Positions 24,081 through 40,289 of a DNA stretch of 64,000 nucleotides are shown in pieces. The stretch lies in assembly GCA_951406725.2 (NCBI GenBank), contig OX597824.1, positions 58,342,001 through 58,406,000 on the forward strand, given 5' to 3'. A program made the translations under genes and the position numbers. The stretch comes from Octopus vulgaris (lineage: Eukaryota). The notes below the pieces were generated by a model that saw nothing but the letters and a program-made list of their open reading frames with translations, did not search any database and was not told the DNA's origin. The stretch's first letter is position 1; every line of letters starts with the position of its first letter.

Positions 24081-27000
24081 AGAAATGGTGGTGAAGAGGC
24101 AATTGTTTGGCATATAATAGTCAATTCATAAATTCTTGTTAAAACTCCATGTATTTTTCGATTCTTTTTCCGATCCTTTTGTCCTCTAGAGATAATAATA
24201 CTTTACAAAAAGTCATAAGCATCCCAACATCCTCACATTCAAACATACAATAAAACTGAAGTTTAAGTACCTTAATTATTATATTTTAGGAAACTTTACG
24301 GAAAATACATTTAAATGTACAAAATTCACTGCGTCAAACTAACGAGACAGGCTCTACTCAGTCGTTTGACCCATTAGAAATAGCAATCAAGCCTTCCTCT
24401 AATCCAAGTCTAGTCTCGTAGAAAATGACATGATCGTAATTGCTGGAACGCCTTTAATCATTGATCTGACCTATGTAAACTTTCAAGTGCTTTTAAAAAG
24501 ATCAGTTTTAGAATATTTATATGTGGCATTCACACAGAACTAAAAATTCATCAAAAGATGGTTAGAACTAATTCAGAAGGCACTTGTATACTTATTTTAA
24601 CGATCTTGGAAGGATAAAAAGTATATTCGATCTCATCGAGTTTTGAAATTAGAGTGAAAAGGAAATTAATAACATACCACAAGACATTTTGTCCTCTAGT
24701 ATTCACCCAACTTGTACGTATAACTAGAATATTGTTTATAATAACGGAACAGGTCAATTTTAGTTAATGAAGAAGGTGGAATGGTGTACGTATAGCCGAT
24801 CAATTCAACCACAGAATTTGTTCTCAGTTTATCCTGTCAGTGAGATAAAAGTGAGAATCGACCAAATGGGATTTGAATGCACAATGCAAAGGAATTTAAA
24901 TATACACAGAAAATTACTTTTCCCTCGTTTCAGTGGTTCTGTCAGTACCTCATATTTACCTGTAGACTAGAAGGTAGCATACTGAATAACGAAGTACCTT
25001 ATTATTAACAAGTAGTCTAAAGTAACTGGTTAAAGGTTGCTTGTCTTTGCCTTTCAACTCCTGACATATGTCGTGTCTTGGGCATTTTAAAACATGTCGG
25101 AGCCCACGTCGTTGTGATCCCAGCCTTTTTCTTCAATAATGAGACAGAACTGGAGAGACAGATATACAGAATGGAAGACACCCACCCACACGCGTGCTCA
25201 TACATACACACAGTAAAAAGAGAGGGAGAGAGAGAGAGAGAAAGAGAAAGAGAGAGTCGACCCCCTGAAACAGAACTCCTTTTCTATTTGTTGATACTGC
25301 ATGGGGGAAAAGCAAAGTTGACCTCGGCGGTATTTCGAACACACGTCGCTCTAACACTTTTGTCAATTTGCTGTTTCATAAAATTAAAAGATACAAAAGA
25401 ATGATCGACGAGATACCTATGGTGTGTAGTTTTTTTTTTTTTCGTTCTTTCTATAGTATTTAGTTTCTGAGTTCAAATTCCAGTAGAATCGTTTTTTCAT
25501 CCGGTCAGAGTTTGGAAAACACTAAAAGTAACCAAAGTAGGAATCACGAACGATGGTAGAATGCCAGAAATGATAAAAGACTGATTAAATGCCTTGTAGT
25601 ATTAAATTACGTCTCTTTACAATATGAGTATAAATCTCACCGTAGAGATTCTATAAAATAACTACCAGTTATGTACTGGCATTGACCCATCCACATCATG
25701 AGTCAATGTCGGAAATTATTAATTCACATGTTTCTATACTGGATTAAATGTCTTGCTGCGTTATAGTAAGTCCATTTATTTTCTGTGGTTGATTTTACAT
25801 CATGAAAATGAGCCGCAGGTAAGTACCTGGAGGTTATTTAATCTGCTATATCTTAGTCCAGATCGGGATGCCGATCTAGCTATGATCCTTAAAATGCTTG
25901 CAGGAATTTTCTCATTTTGCATTACAGGAACATTTTAAAGTACCGGAATAGTCTGTATAGTTAAGGTGTAAAGGTATGGTGCGGTGACAGTTTGTAGGTA
26001 TATCAGTGTGGGTAAGGTATGGAGGTATAGTTGTAAGGTTACGAAGTTCATTTCATAGCTGTTTGGTTTCTTACTCGACTCTTCACCGCTGCACTTCGGG
26101 TGAGTGTTTTCTACTATAGCCTGGGGTCAACAAGTCTACGCCAGCAAACTTTGACAGAAGTTGAGTAGAAGGCTATCAGAGGTTTTGGTCTTATTAACTG
26201 ATGGTACACTAAAACTGTCGTCGGATGCAATGCTCCCGCTCGGCCATTGGTTGTTTGTAGTTGACTCCACGTTGTTACAAATAATCAGGTTACATCACAG
26301 ATCTAAGGATTATATCTGACAGTCCTTTCACCAATATCGGCGCCATAAAGCACATCAAGACCGCTGTCCCACCAAATTATCTAATTCATAAAGGAGACAA
26401 AAAAGACTTTGCAACTGGGAGAGCGCAAAAGAAACAAAATCAAGCCTAAACGCTTCATCTCCCTATGTTTATTTTTAACTTCAAAACATAAAAATATTCC
26501 TCTATATTTCCCGTTACTCATTGCTATTTCAGGAATCAATTAGAATTTCGCATGATCCTACAGACTTTGCAAAGATAATTAACAATGGTAAATTATCTAC
26601 CCTGGTGAGGGGTAAAGAAGAGTCATTGATGCGCTTGTTTATTTTCGTTCTGCATTTTTTCTCTTAACTTGTTGTTCCATAACACATGTATCTTTATCAA
26701 CATTTCTACGTGTATATGTGTATATGCGCGTGCGCGCGTGTTTATTTGTCTGTTCGTTTCTAATATTTTTACATTTTTTCGCGTTGTTTCCGGTTTCGTT
26801 TCGATACACAGATATGCACAGAGGTGCACCTCACAACACATTTTCTTTACAAATTCCCCTGCAATTCCTTATTTTCTTGTTTTTCGTATTAATTTCTTTA
26901 TTACTAAATTGTTTTTGTTTCGTTATATTCGTTATTTGTTACATACTATTCCAACGGTCTGTTACTTTTACTTCTTTCTCTCTCTATATATATATATTTA

Positions 27001-28132
27001 TTTAACTTTTGGTTGTTGTTGTTCTATTTACCATTTCCTGACAAACAGAAACATTACAAAAGAGGATATGACTGTGTATGTGCGCGTGTGCGCGCGAGAG
27101 AGAGACAGAAATCGAGTTTATGAGTGTGTGTGTGTTTGTGTATATGTTGTGGGGGAAGGGCTGTGTATTTACGAACACTGTACATTCTCTTACTTAACAC
27201 AAAGAACGAAATGTTAAGATAGGAGTTGGTGCTATTTTCTCTCTCTATACATGAGACTGTATAGGGTTTGAATTTGGGAAACATTTTATCTGTGTTCAAA
27301 TTTTAAATATAATCAAATTCCAACCCTCTATCTGCTGATAGAAGGATTGTTACAATGTATCCATCTAGTTGTCTCTATGTTGGATGTATTAATATTTCTT
27401 GTGTAAAATATAAGATTGTCCCGCCAGAAATTGTGTATTATCTTAATGAATCTCGTAACTGTATATCATTTAACAGAACCACTGCATTTTTATAAAAGAA
27501 GTGACGGTGGATTTAAGGCAAAAATATGCAGAAGCACAGATACAGACTCTTTAAATTACCATTGACATTGGAAACAATAAGTTTCAATTAAGGTCTTAGC
27601 TTGGCTCTCAATTGTAGTTTTGTAGATTTTGGATAGCTTATCATAAAGTTGCATCTAGTTGTTCATAAATTCAGTAGTTGCTTTATATCTAAAGAAAGTA
27701 TCCAATTGTCTGATATTTCTCTAATTTTGTCAATGTTCATTTGAAGAGGGAGGTGACATATTTTGATCGTGTGTTATCATTTCGATCAATCTCTGTTAGT
27801 CCTCATGTCTGATGATTACTACTTTTCGCCACGCAATACATTAAATCATTCACTGTCCAAAATCTGGAAGTGTCAATTTGTATTAGGTGTTGCTTAGGAC
27901 TTGAACGATCGGGAATAAACTCAAGTCTATAACATTTTTTCTCCTTCGACTCATGCCATGATCGTTCTTTTCTTAGAGACAAACAGTGCAGACTTGTAGA
28001 CATAAACAGTAAAGTTTTGCTTAAAACATGCTCTAAACTGGATTTGTATCTGTTTTTATCCTTTACATATTTCTCTTTCATTTATTTCCACTCCGTGGAA
28101 ACATGAGTTTTCCTGTGTTATTATTGCCTGAT

Positions 28133-28202
<70 letters not shown>

Positions 28203-28341
28203 CATATATGCGTACACATGTATGTATATATATACATATATATATGTATATATGTATATATATGTATATATGTATATATATGTATATATATATATGTGTG
28301 TATATATATATGTATATATATATGTATATGTATATATATAC

Positions 28342-28372
<31 letters not shown>

Positions 28373-28456
28373 TGCATGCATGTATGTATGTATGTATATA
28401 TGTATGTGTGTATGTGTGTGTGTATGTATGCATATATACATATGTATACACACACA

Positions 28457-29760
28457 CACGTTGCGTTTCAAATTATTAACAACGTAACATATTTTTATTT
28501 TAAGATTGCTCGTTGGAATTCTATGAAATTTTCACAAACTGATGGCATTTGTTATATGTAAAAATCGGGAGATTCTATAAAACAACACAGAAACTGTGGC
28601 CATTTAACCACCAATTTACGTAAACTTTCACGGTTTCAAATTATTAGCGAAGTGTAATTAAAACTCATAAACATGGAAGAAATAGAAATAAACAAATAAA
28701 CAGCGTTCAAAAACGATAGGTGAACTGCTTAGTAAGGTATATATGAGCGTTTGTTTGAAATAAAATGGAAAAGGTGCTGGTCCATGGACCATGCTAATTT
28801 CTGAATCTCCTACCACAGTTCATCCTTGCTCCTAAATAGGCGTTCATTCTCGTTAATTCGTCGCTTTAGAAAACTCCACAAGATTTCCATTGGGTTTAAG
28901 TTGGTTTTCTATTGGGTTTAGCAAGCAGGACATTTCAGCTTCCGATGTCCACTAAAGCCCAATTGTTGCAGATACTCAGTAGTTTTCTTCGCTGAGTGCA
29001 AGGGCTCATTATCTTGCATGTTTTTTTAAATCAAGATTGAAGGTGCTCCCTCAGAAAGGCTAAGTAATAATCCGCAATCATTTTAACACCATTAGGCACT
29101 TTCTAAGGACCAACCATAATGCCTTCAATATTACCTACCCAAATCATGATGTTCTTCCCCCTTGTTGGCGTCTCCAGTGTTGATGATGATCTCGTCCATT
29201 TACAACCTATCCTTTGCTCTACCATCAAGGGTAGCACGATTTCGCCCGTAAACAAAACTTTTGAAAAGTCGACCTTCATGTTATCTTCTGCCCATTTAAG
29301 ATGATTTTGTATGTATAATTTAACTGTCACTGGTTTACCGACCTTTTTCAGAAGACAACATCTGGTAATTCTGGATATAGTTGTTTCGCCAATGCGCTTG
29401 AAAAGTTCTCCTCTCGTAAGACCTGGCTTCTTTACAGGTTCAGGCTTAATTCTTGACAGAAAACGTTAAGAAACAGCTCTCGATCGACCATTGTCGGCTC
29501 TCTTACGTATCTTCGTAGGAGCTCTAACAATTTTTTTCACTGTTTGGTGATATCTTCCAATTATTTCAGACATTTCTATTGCAAGATCAGAAGTAATAAC
29601 AGATTTCTCTGAAGCAGTTAAGTCTCATTTACTACCCATGATTACACGATTATAAAAATTTGGAACAATGAAAGTCTGCAGAAATCATGGAAATGACAGT
29701 GGTTTGTTTATACTTGTACAAAGCCATGCACATATAACTTTTTCCATTATTCTGTGGAAA
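28457..29760 (-). mobile_element. Tc1-family transposon relic
   Basis: HLKWAEDNMKVDFSKVLFTGE, GKNIMIWVG..EGIMVGP, MQDNEPLHSAKKTTEYL and LNPMEILW. Boundaries approximate. Confidence 0.82.
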
Positions 29761-29769
29761 TTTCGTTGA

Positions 29770-30720
29770 ACCCACATATACCTTCACACACACAATCCTC
29801 CACACATATAACATACACACACACACAACGTACTCATATGCACACATATACACACGCACGCACATACACTTCCACACACACTAACATGCACATAGAAACA
29901 CCCCAATCCATATATCTCCACACGAACACATGGACACACACAATTATATGTACAGTGGGAGAGAGAGTAAAAGAGAGAGAGACACAGACATACACGGACC
30001 AATACACATGTGCACACACACATATACCCATCCCCACTCCGTATACACACACATGCCAACACATACACGCACATACTCACAACCACCCATTTACATAGTT
30101 ACACCTACCCTCTCACACTCTCTTCAGACTGTCTCTGCCTCTGACTCACTACTGACCCTCCCATCTACACACGCACACACACACACACTGCCACACCCAC
30201 ACATTCACACACCTGTTACTAAGCTGCTCGCCTCTCAGAGCGACTTTAACACACACGCACACAGATCCTACAGCGCGCACACACAAATTATGCACACAAA
30301 CACACACACACGCATCACAACGCTCGCACACGCTACCTCGTACACACACACAGTTACTACCACACGCACACACGCTACCACCACACGCACACACGCTACA
30401 ACGCACACATACACACACATGCTAATACACACACATGCTAATACACACACATACTGACTATTTTCACACTCCCCTGTCCCAGAAAGCATTCCCTTCATTC
30501 CTTCTTCCGGTCATTTCAAAAATGTAACTGCACGTGATTGTTGATGATTCTTTTACTCCTTCGTCTTGAACTTTCCTGTCTTTCTTTTTTCCGAAGAAGA
30601 GTTATGCTCGAAACGTAAAACCACTACTCTTTTCTTTCTCCGTGCGTCTTAATACATTGCCTGTACCATGTCCCCACGATCATTTGTTTTTTCTTTTTTT
30701 TCTCTGTTTTTTAATTAACT
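29770..30720 (+). mobile_element. Neptune-type PLE 3' region (degenerate CA-rich tract + terminal segment)
   Basis: CATTCCTTCTTCCGGTCATTTCAAAAATGTAAC...GAAGAG....GCTCGAAAC is homologous to the reverse complement of 57780-57950, with the same CA-rich upstream tract. Confidence 0.65.
30587..30620 (+). ncRNA. Minimal hammerhead-like motif, degenerate
   Basis: CCGAAGA-A-GAG TTATG CTC-GAA-ACGT-A. U4C change and weak stem I. Confidence 0.45.
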
Positions 30721-30730
30721 ATATGTGTGC

Positions 30731-30788
<58 letters not shown>

Positions 30789-30879
30789 GTGTGTGTGTGT
30801 GTGTGTGTGTGCGTGTGTGTGTGTGTGTGTGTGTATTTGTGTGTATATATATATATGTTTCTTATCCTAACTTCAGCTT

Positions 30880-31015
30880 CTTTCTTTCCTTTTGATCAGC
30901 CACACAGATCACACGCATTCTTGTCTGTCCTCTCTATCTTTTCTCCTGTGAAAGCTTGTTCCTCCAGCGTACGTCACCTCACCTCCTTATGGCTTAGCAG
31001 TCCTTTGTTTTCACT
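30880..31015 (-). mobile_element. Possible RTE-like LINE 3' relic
   Basis: Minus strand shows weak resemblance to the ..LT....DR..WR terminal motif. Highly decayed. Confidence 0.3.
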
Positions 31016-31369
31016 GTCCTGTTTTTGTTACCAACTCTGACCCTCCGTAAATCCCAAATTCTATTTTGCTTTGCGGGAGCAACTGTTTTCTCGAAGACAC
31101 ATCTTATGGTAATTGCTCGAAATATGGAGAAGATAAACAGCCGACAACTGATGAAGGGTCGTTCTTTACGTTACTTGTCTTGTTTTCGTTGTTTGCGAAA
31201 AAAATTCGTATTCCAGGTTTTCGTATTTCGTATTTCATGTTTACGTTTTATGACGTCATGTACCCTTATATGCATATGTATATGCATATATATGTATGTA
31301 CATATGCATATATATTATTTATATTATCATGATTGAACGCCACGTATCTATTTCCAAGTAAATATACAT

Positions 31370-31491
<122 letters not shown>

Positions 31492-31884
31492 TAGTACAGA
31501 GCAACGAGAATGAGTGCTCAGCACTGCATTTGATGGATATTCTTTATTTGTTTATCCGTGTATTAACAGCAGTGCTACCGATCATTTCACGTGGAAAGAA
31601 TTTCAACCATTTTCCAAGAGATCCACTTCTTTAAAATATTGGCAATCACCTCCATTTGGGATGAACTACGTAAGACTATTCGAGAGGATGGGGGACTTTT
31701 ATTAGATGTTATGTTCTGCATGTTTAAATGAATGCATGCATTGGGTACGTATATGCTTACGTGTCTATGTGGATATATGTATAAATGTGTCTATGCTTCA
31801 GCTACGCAGGAAACTACGCATCATTTTCAACAATGTTTCGAGGAAGTTATTAAGTATAACACCATCAACACAACTACCACCACC

Positions 31885-31916
<32 letters not shown>

Positions 31917-32281
31917 CAACACCATCCTCCTCCTCCTCATCATCATCATCAGCAGCATCATCATCCTCCTCAATATCATTATCATCAACAACAGCAGCAA
32001 CCTCATCTTCATCATCATCATCATCATTATCGCCACCATTCGTCTCATCATCACCAACAACAAGAAAAACAAGAACTACAACTAGAGTTTCAGGTAGAAG
32101 AATGTCAATCACTTCTGGACGATGGAAATTACCTGTAGAAAACGATGCGAACAGACATTAAAATAATAAAAGCATAAAATATATATAAAAAATGACGAAG
32201 AAAATTATGAAATAAAGTAGTAATGGAATTCAGCTGGTATAGGGAAATATATTTAGATAGTTTGTAGCATTCCAGAAAAAC

Positions 32282-32441
<160 letters not shown>

Positions 32442-32469
32442 TAGTAATAATATATTTTCGCTAAGAATA

Positions 32470-33126
<657 letters not shown>

Positions 33127-33597
33127 AATTTTCTATTCTTTTCCCCCCATAATTTTATTTGTTTACTTTTTTAATCTTTATGTTTTACTTTTTCTCTCTG
33201 TCTTTCTTCCTCTTTTTCTCTACTTTGTAAATGAAGAATGTGGTAAGTTTATTTTAATGACGTTTAATGCTCATACCACGTCTTTGTCCACAAAGAGCAA
33301 AGACGTGGTATGAGCAGACCCCAGAAGGTGCATTTGAAAATATCAGCACTCAATTACCAACATGGCTGAAAAAAGATTGGTGCAAGTGTGAAGGCAGAAC
33401 AACTACAAAAATCAGCATTGCTTGGAACGGCAAGCATTCTTCGCTGAGTTCTTGAAGCATGATGCAGTAAACAAGTGTCACCTAAGTCTGCTGGCTGTGG
33501 ACGGCTGACACTTTCCATCATACCCAGCAAAAAAAGCTGTGAGATTCATCACATATTAATAATAATAATAATAATAATGATAATAATAATAATAATA

Positions 33598-33632
<35 letters not shown>

Positions 33633-33662
33633 CACACCACCACCACCACCACCACCAACAAC

Positions 33663-33714
<52 letters not shown>

Positions 33715-33958
33715 GTAGTAGTAGTAATAATAATAATAGTAATAGTTATCATCTACATGGTTTTTCTTGGTGTAAAATTTGGTCTATAGCAAATATCCTG
33801 CTCAGTGCTACAGATTTGCATTCCTGTTGCTTGGCCAGTTGAGCATGTCTCTTAGTGGCTGACAATATGTGCATCTCTGATCACGAACAGAAGTGGTGCT
33901 AGAGCATAACAGCCCAGATCTAGCGGTGGTGTACAAGATGCACCACATGTGCTATATA

Positions 33959-34400
33959 TAGAGATGACAAATGTTTCTTTTGGAAGAATTGTGACACCTG
34001 CGATTTGTAATTCCAGAGACATTTACAATGTTGTATCACAATGTTCCACAGTAACCCCGACAAAATATAACTGAAGACACAAGTTATCCTACATACGTCA
34101 AACCGTCCAATATCAATTAATTCGAGAAAATAATCTTCGTGCTTTTCAATAGTCCTAGAGGAAGTACGAAATAGGCTGGCTATGAAAAATGATGAAGGCG
34201 AAGATAGTGCCAATTAAGGCATCAAGAGGAATATAATGGAAATCAGAATAGAGTGCCCAGTAGACATGTTGCAAAAGGTTTGTCTCCTTGGTGCGGCCAG
34301 AATAACCAGGAAAGTATTAGATATTTGAAAAAAACAGATATCATGGTACCGTAGGCTGCAGGCAGCAAGTCCGCTACTCCTGCAAGACTTCAGGAGTTAC
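33959..34400 (+). mobile_element. R4/Dong-like fragments (zinc-knuckle region and C-terminus)
   Basis: NVVSQCSTVTPTKYN*RH (similar to HIVSGC..LA...Y..RH) and IECPVDMLQKVCLLGAARITRKVLDI*, followed by (TAA)n. Confidence 0.62.
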
Positions 34401-34414
34401 AACAAAAGTTAAAG

Positions 34415-34457
<43 letters not shown>

Positions 34458-34462
34458 AATAA

Positions 34463-34515
<53 letters not shown>

Positions 34516-35404
34516 ATAATAATAATGATGATGATGATGATGATGATGATTTCTTGCATATGTGCAAGACTAGATATTTATATAGGAGGTGATTATTTAT
34601 AGTCGCATAAGTGTAATGGTGTTTATTCATGGAAGAAGTGTATATTATAGAGAAAGGAAGAAAACATTTACATGGCCAATATCTAAAGAAAAGAACTGAC
34701 CAGGTCTAAAAGCTTAAACTGAATACTTCTTGAGTATGTCACAGGTTCAATAACTTCCCATTACTAATAAAAAAAATAAATAACGTGGTAGAATGTATGT
34801 ATGCATAATTTCGGAAGAAATACTGGACCATATTATACATTGACGGTATGAGTGTCGGGAAGTAATGTAAGTAGCCGACTGTCTCTCCAACCTAGAAGGA
34901 CTGCTACGTGCACTGTTTGACTATGGCTTCTATAAATGTAACACGTTAATTACATCTGTAGGAATATACTTTTCATAAAAGAACTCTGAACATCTAATAT
35001 TTGACTATAAAGCAGCAACAACAATGAACATATTGAGAGTGAAAAAGGTCCCCAGCAGTGAACATATCGAGTGTGCAAAAATCACCCGTAGTGAATATAT
35101 TTGAAGGTACAAAGGTCAGCTGCAATAAACATTAGAGAAGGTGAAGTAATCAACCTTAATGAATATATTGATGATATGATCGCCTGCATTAGTGGCCGCC
35201 TACGCTGAACAACTATAAACTCATGCACTTATATATGCCCTACGATATTTTCGTGAAGTAAATACATGGGTAATACTGGCCCGGATGTATATGAATGGTT
35301 AGCAGAATCAACGACAATATCTGAACAAAAGCAAACCATCATTAAGTTTAATAAAGTGGGTATTATCAGGAGATGTATTGAAGAGGATTTTCAAAATCCT
35401 CCAA

Positions 35405-35594
35405 TAGAGACGACAAATGCTTCTTTCGGAAGAATTGTATCACCTGCGTAACGTAATTCCAGAGATAATTTACAATGTTGCCTCACAATGTCCCACGGTA
35501 ATCCCGACAAAATATAACCAAAGACACAAGTTATCCTTCTTATGCCAAACCATCCAATACCAATAAATTCGAAAAACTAATCTTTGTCCTTTTT
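35405..35594 (+). mobile_element. Second copy of the Dong-like zinc-knuckle fragment
   Basis: Diverged direct repeat of 33959-34147. Confidence 0.55.
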
Positions 35595-36272
35595 TCCTTA
35601 ATCTCTTAAAAATTTTCAAATGAAAAATTGCTATAGAACCTTAACACACAGATAGATCACCAAATAACAGAGAAAATCTGATCGAAATCTCTATTAAAGC
35701 TATCACCATAATTATAGCGATTGACCAAAATGCTGTTGAAAATCGAAATGAAAGTCTAATGAATTACACGGACTGTTGAATTAAATATATGGCTGCTGAG
35801 GAATTGCTAGCAACTCATTTGAAACAAACACTACAAGTAAAGATTTTGACAAATTACATCTAAGGATAGACATAGCCTTCTAGAAAACGAATTCTGGAAC
35901 CTGTAAAGATTGTTAGGGCGTTGTCACACATTTGTTAACCTTAAACAGCATTGTTAAATCTAACATACTTCTGTATATATATTTCCCATTGAACATCCTT
36001 GTTAACCTTCAACATTTCTAGTCTCCTAACTGTGCCTATGTCTTATACAGATAAAGGAAACTCTTGATGTTTTTCTCAAACCACCATGTAATACAGACAA
36101 TAACACGGAGAGAAAAAAATATGATGATGATGAGGAGCAGGATAATGGTAGTGGTAATGGTGGTGATGGTGGTGGTGGTGATGATTATGAAGACGAGAAG
36201 AGTGATGGATGATGATGATGATAATGATGATGATGATGGTGGTCGTCGTCGTCGTGATCGCGGTGGTGATGG

Positions 36273-36363
36273 TGAAGAAGAAGAAGAAGAAGAAGAAGAA
36301 GAAGAAGAAGAAGAAGAAGAAGAAGAAGAAGAAGAAGAAGAAGAAGAAGAAGAAGAAGAAGAA
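36273..36363. repeat. (GAA)n microsatellite
   Basis: About 30 perfect GAA units. Confidence 0.95.
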
Positions 36364-36768
36364 TGTATTAATGCGAAGATTGGAATGAAGACAGTGTTAT
36401 TATGTAAATCATATTCTGTATGTAGGTGTCATTAATATGTTAGTGTGTCCCTTGCTGCGCTACTAAACAATGCAGCTCAGCATGGGGCGCCATATTGTGC
36501 TGATGATAATGACTTTAGCAGAAAAACTAGATATTCATCATGTTCAACTAGGGACTACAAAGTACCTTGTGTGCAGAAATAATTACATCTTACTATTTCT
36601 CTATCACAATATGTTGCAGTTGGCTTAGTTGTTGTCTGTGCTTCCTTGCTACTTTTTTTTTTTGCCTCTTTATTTCTTTTTATTTCATAGAGAAATGGCT
36701 ATTTGACAAACAGAAATGGCCACCCACATATATGCGTATCTGTGTATACATACATGTGTGTATGAGTT

Positions 36769-36816
<48 letters not shown>

Positions 36817-37029
36817 CATGTATGAATGTATGTATGTATGTATGTATGTATGTATGTATGTACGTATGTATGTATACATGAATACAAAGAGAAAGAACGA
36901 GAGATATGATTGTATCTATATACTCACGTCTATATATGTCTGCGTGCATATATATATATATACATACACATACATATATACATACATATATATATACATT
37001 CATATATATATATATATAATGTATATATG

Positions 37030-37073
<44 letters not shown>

Positions 37074-37104
37074 CATATACATATGCACATTTGTGTGCAT
37101 AAAT

Positions 37105-37157
<53 letters not shown>

Positions 37158-38644
37158 CATATATATAGTGAGGGAGAGAGAGATATAGATTGTGGTTATG
37201 AATATGGTTAGTCATGTGTATGATTGCACAAATGAATCTCCTAAAGCTTGTTATCCTCCATATTTATTCAACAAATGTCAATTCAAATGATGTAAGCATG
37301 TGTTTATTTATATATGAATTCATCTATCTCTTTCACTGCGTCTGGTCTGATTTAATGCATACTTGTATGTATGTGTGTGTGTATGTATGTGTGTACGTGT
37401 GTATGTGTGTATGTATGTACGTGTGTATGTATGTGTGTATGTGTGTATGTATGTATGTGTGTATGTGTGTATGTATATATGTATGTGTGTATGTGTGTGT
37501 ATGTGTGTGTGTGTGTATTCATGTATGTATGTATGTATGTATGTATGTGTGTATGTGTGTGTATACGTGTTTGTATGGATGACTATGTGTTCGTACTTGA
37601 CTTTATGGCTTTCCCAATGAGCTGTTATTTTTTCTTTTATTCAAAGCAATTTCGCCAAAGAAATAAAGAAGTTGAAGGAACTTGAGACACTGAATGGTAG
37701 AAACTTGGATCTTTTGTGTTGTACGTGGGTGAGCACGTGCGTCCGTGTCTGTGTGTGTGTATGTGTGTGTGAGTGTTCGCACATGCGTGCGTATGTATGT
37801 GTATACGTGTGTGTGTGTTTAAACTGTAAGTTGTAAGTTGTTTCAAGAGTACAGGTTGACGTAATCAATTCAGTGTGCAGAGTTTATATTATTTTGATAC
37901 AATTGTTAAATATTACTAATGTTTCATGATTCTAACTTACATGTTTCCTTGCTAAATAAATGTAGAAGGCAAAGTGTCTTTTGTTGCATTGCTGAGAATG
38001 ATGTCAACTTTCTATCCATAAATGGAGTCATAGGATTATTAACCCTAAATATCATTATCCAAATCTGTCTCAAGTAAATTAAAGTTCCATTTAGCATGAT
38101 ACGGCTGCATGGAAAGAGAAGACATTTACCTTGTTTGGTTTGTGTTGGCTAATGAATGTGCATCTCTTGTTGGATTTCTTTAATTTTGCATTAGAGGATG
38201 CACGAAAGAGCGTCTAATGTGGTACTATCTATCAGTATCAGTGCAGATTACTATCAAAGTGTTTATGACCAACTGCTAAATAAAGGAGCTAGATGGGTTC
38301 ATGATGGGGGTCTACCATTTCTCTACTTGGTGATGAAATGAAGATGAGAGGATAGCTGGTTCTTTTACCTTTACGTGCATTTATGAATGACATTAGCACC
38401 ATGCAAGAAATAAAGACAGAAGCAAAGCCTTTGTATCTCTGTTGGATGAGTTCTCCCTGTTCAAGTGAAAGAGGTAACACTGGAAATCTAAAGGAATGTC
38501 AACTTCTAGATTTGAATGTGTCACAATTGATTTAATATAAATCATGTAAATGTACATATCTGCTACATTAAAGGACACTAGAACACTGGTCCAGCAGAAA
38601 CACGTCTCGAAATGGAAATTAAGAAGATATACTTTTACTCTTTT

Positions 38645-39030
38645 ACTTGTTTCAGTCATTTGACTGTGACCATGATGTCTTTAGTCGAGCAAATCGATCC
38701 CAGAACTTATTCTTTGTAAGCCTAGTACTTATTCTATCAGTCTCTTTTGCCGAAACGCTAAGTTACGGGGACATAAACACACCTCCATCGGTTGTCAAGC
38801 GATGTTGGGGGGCGGTACAAACACAAACACATAAATAGACACACACACACATACATATATATATACATAAATACGACGGGCTTCTTTCAGTTTCCACCTA
38901 CCAAATCCACTCACGAAGCTTTGGTCAGCCCGAGGCTATAGCAGAAGACACTTGCCCAAGGTGCCACGCAGTGGGAATGAACCCGGAACTATGTGGTTGG
39001 TAAGCAAGCTATTTACCACACAGCCACTCC
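38645..39030 (-). mobile_element. SINE family B, near full length
   Basis: Reverse complement GGAGTGGCTGTGTGGTAAATAGCTTGC...GGGTTCATTCCCACTGCGTGGCACCTTGGGCAAGTG...TGACTGAAACAAGT. Confidence 0.88.
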
Positions 39031-39294
39031 TGTGCTTGTTAATATATATATTTTGAAGATGTATAACTCTCTATTCTTCATTATGATATCTTGATTATAC
39101 ACTCTCTATGTTACATGAAATACAACGAAGCAAGTTCAGGATTTACTTATCGAATGAAGAAGTACCGTTTATCTTAAGCGATTCTGAATGTTCATTCTCA
39201 TTTGACGTGGTTAGCTAGATCTGGAGTGTATCAGCGTGTTCATAACGTACCTATCTGGATTTTAAATCCCTGCTCGTGTACGTTACATCTATAT

Positions 39295-39356
<62 letters not shown>

Positions 39357-39381
39357 GTCTGCCTGTCTGTCTATCTAGATT

Positions 39382-39697
39382 AACTGGCACTCCGTCGGTT
39401 ACGACGATGAGGGCTCTAATTGATACGATCAGCGGAACAGTCAGCTCGTGAAATTAACATGCAAGTGACTGAGTACACCACAAACGCGTGTACTCTTAAC
39501 GTAGTTCTCAGAAAGATTTAGCATGACATAGAATATAAGGTCGGCCCTTTGAAATACAGATACAACTCATGTTTACTGAGTTGACTGGAGCAACGTGAAA
39601 TAAAGTGTCTTGCTCAAGAGTACACTTCGCCACCAGTTATCGCAATCATGACCCTACGATCTTGAGCCGAATACACCAGCGGCTCAGTCACACGCCA
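39382..39697 (-). mobile_element. SINE family C
   Basis: Reverse complement has a tRNA-like head, then CTTGAGCAAGACACTTTATTTCACGTTGCTCCAGTC...CGTAACCGACGGAGTGCCAG. Confidence 0.65.
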
Positions 39698-40289
39698 TAA
39701 CACAAGCCTTAACACAAACATACACGCGCGCACTCAAATACACATATTTATATACTCACATACACATACGCACACACACAAAGGAAAGAGAGAGAGGAGG
39801 AGAGAAATTTAGAGAGAGGGTGGCTGTGAGGGAGTGAGAGACACACAGAGAAACCATTAGGAAAAATTGAGTAGAACAATTTGTGGAAAAGAATGTAGAA
39901 GTTGTATTCTCCCTCCTCCCATCGCATCTCTAGTTTATTTACATTTTGCCATTTGTTTAGACTGTTGGAAAAGGTCAGTTTTATCTAAGTGAAGCATTTG
40001 TTGTTGTCGTCGTTGTTTTTGTTACCCGTAATGTTGTTGCAAGGGTTTTTTCCCCCTTAGGATTTAAGAGCAGGAATAATAATAAAATTAACTGTTTCGA
40101 AAGTAGTCACAAAGCCTGAAATTTGGCGGGGGAGGTTGTTGGTGGATTAAATGGCATTTATTACTTGGCGTGTGCTTCACTTTACCGAGTGAAGGTAAAG
40201 TTATCCTTTGCGAAGATTTGGACTCAGAAGAGTAATTCTACCAAACCTTTGCCTTCGTTAGTAAAAATAATAATTCTTTCTAGTTTTGG

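Noticed and set aside
25770-25825. Strong donor CAG|GTAAGT suggesting an exon
   Set aside because: No convincing acceptor or recognisable peptide, and such motifs are expected by chance in 64 kb.
31140-31210. CTGATGAAGGG hammerhead-like start (also CTGATGA at ~42746 and ~44113)
   Set aside because: No matching stem II + GAAA + stem III downstream.
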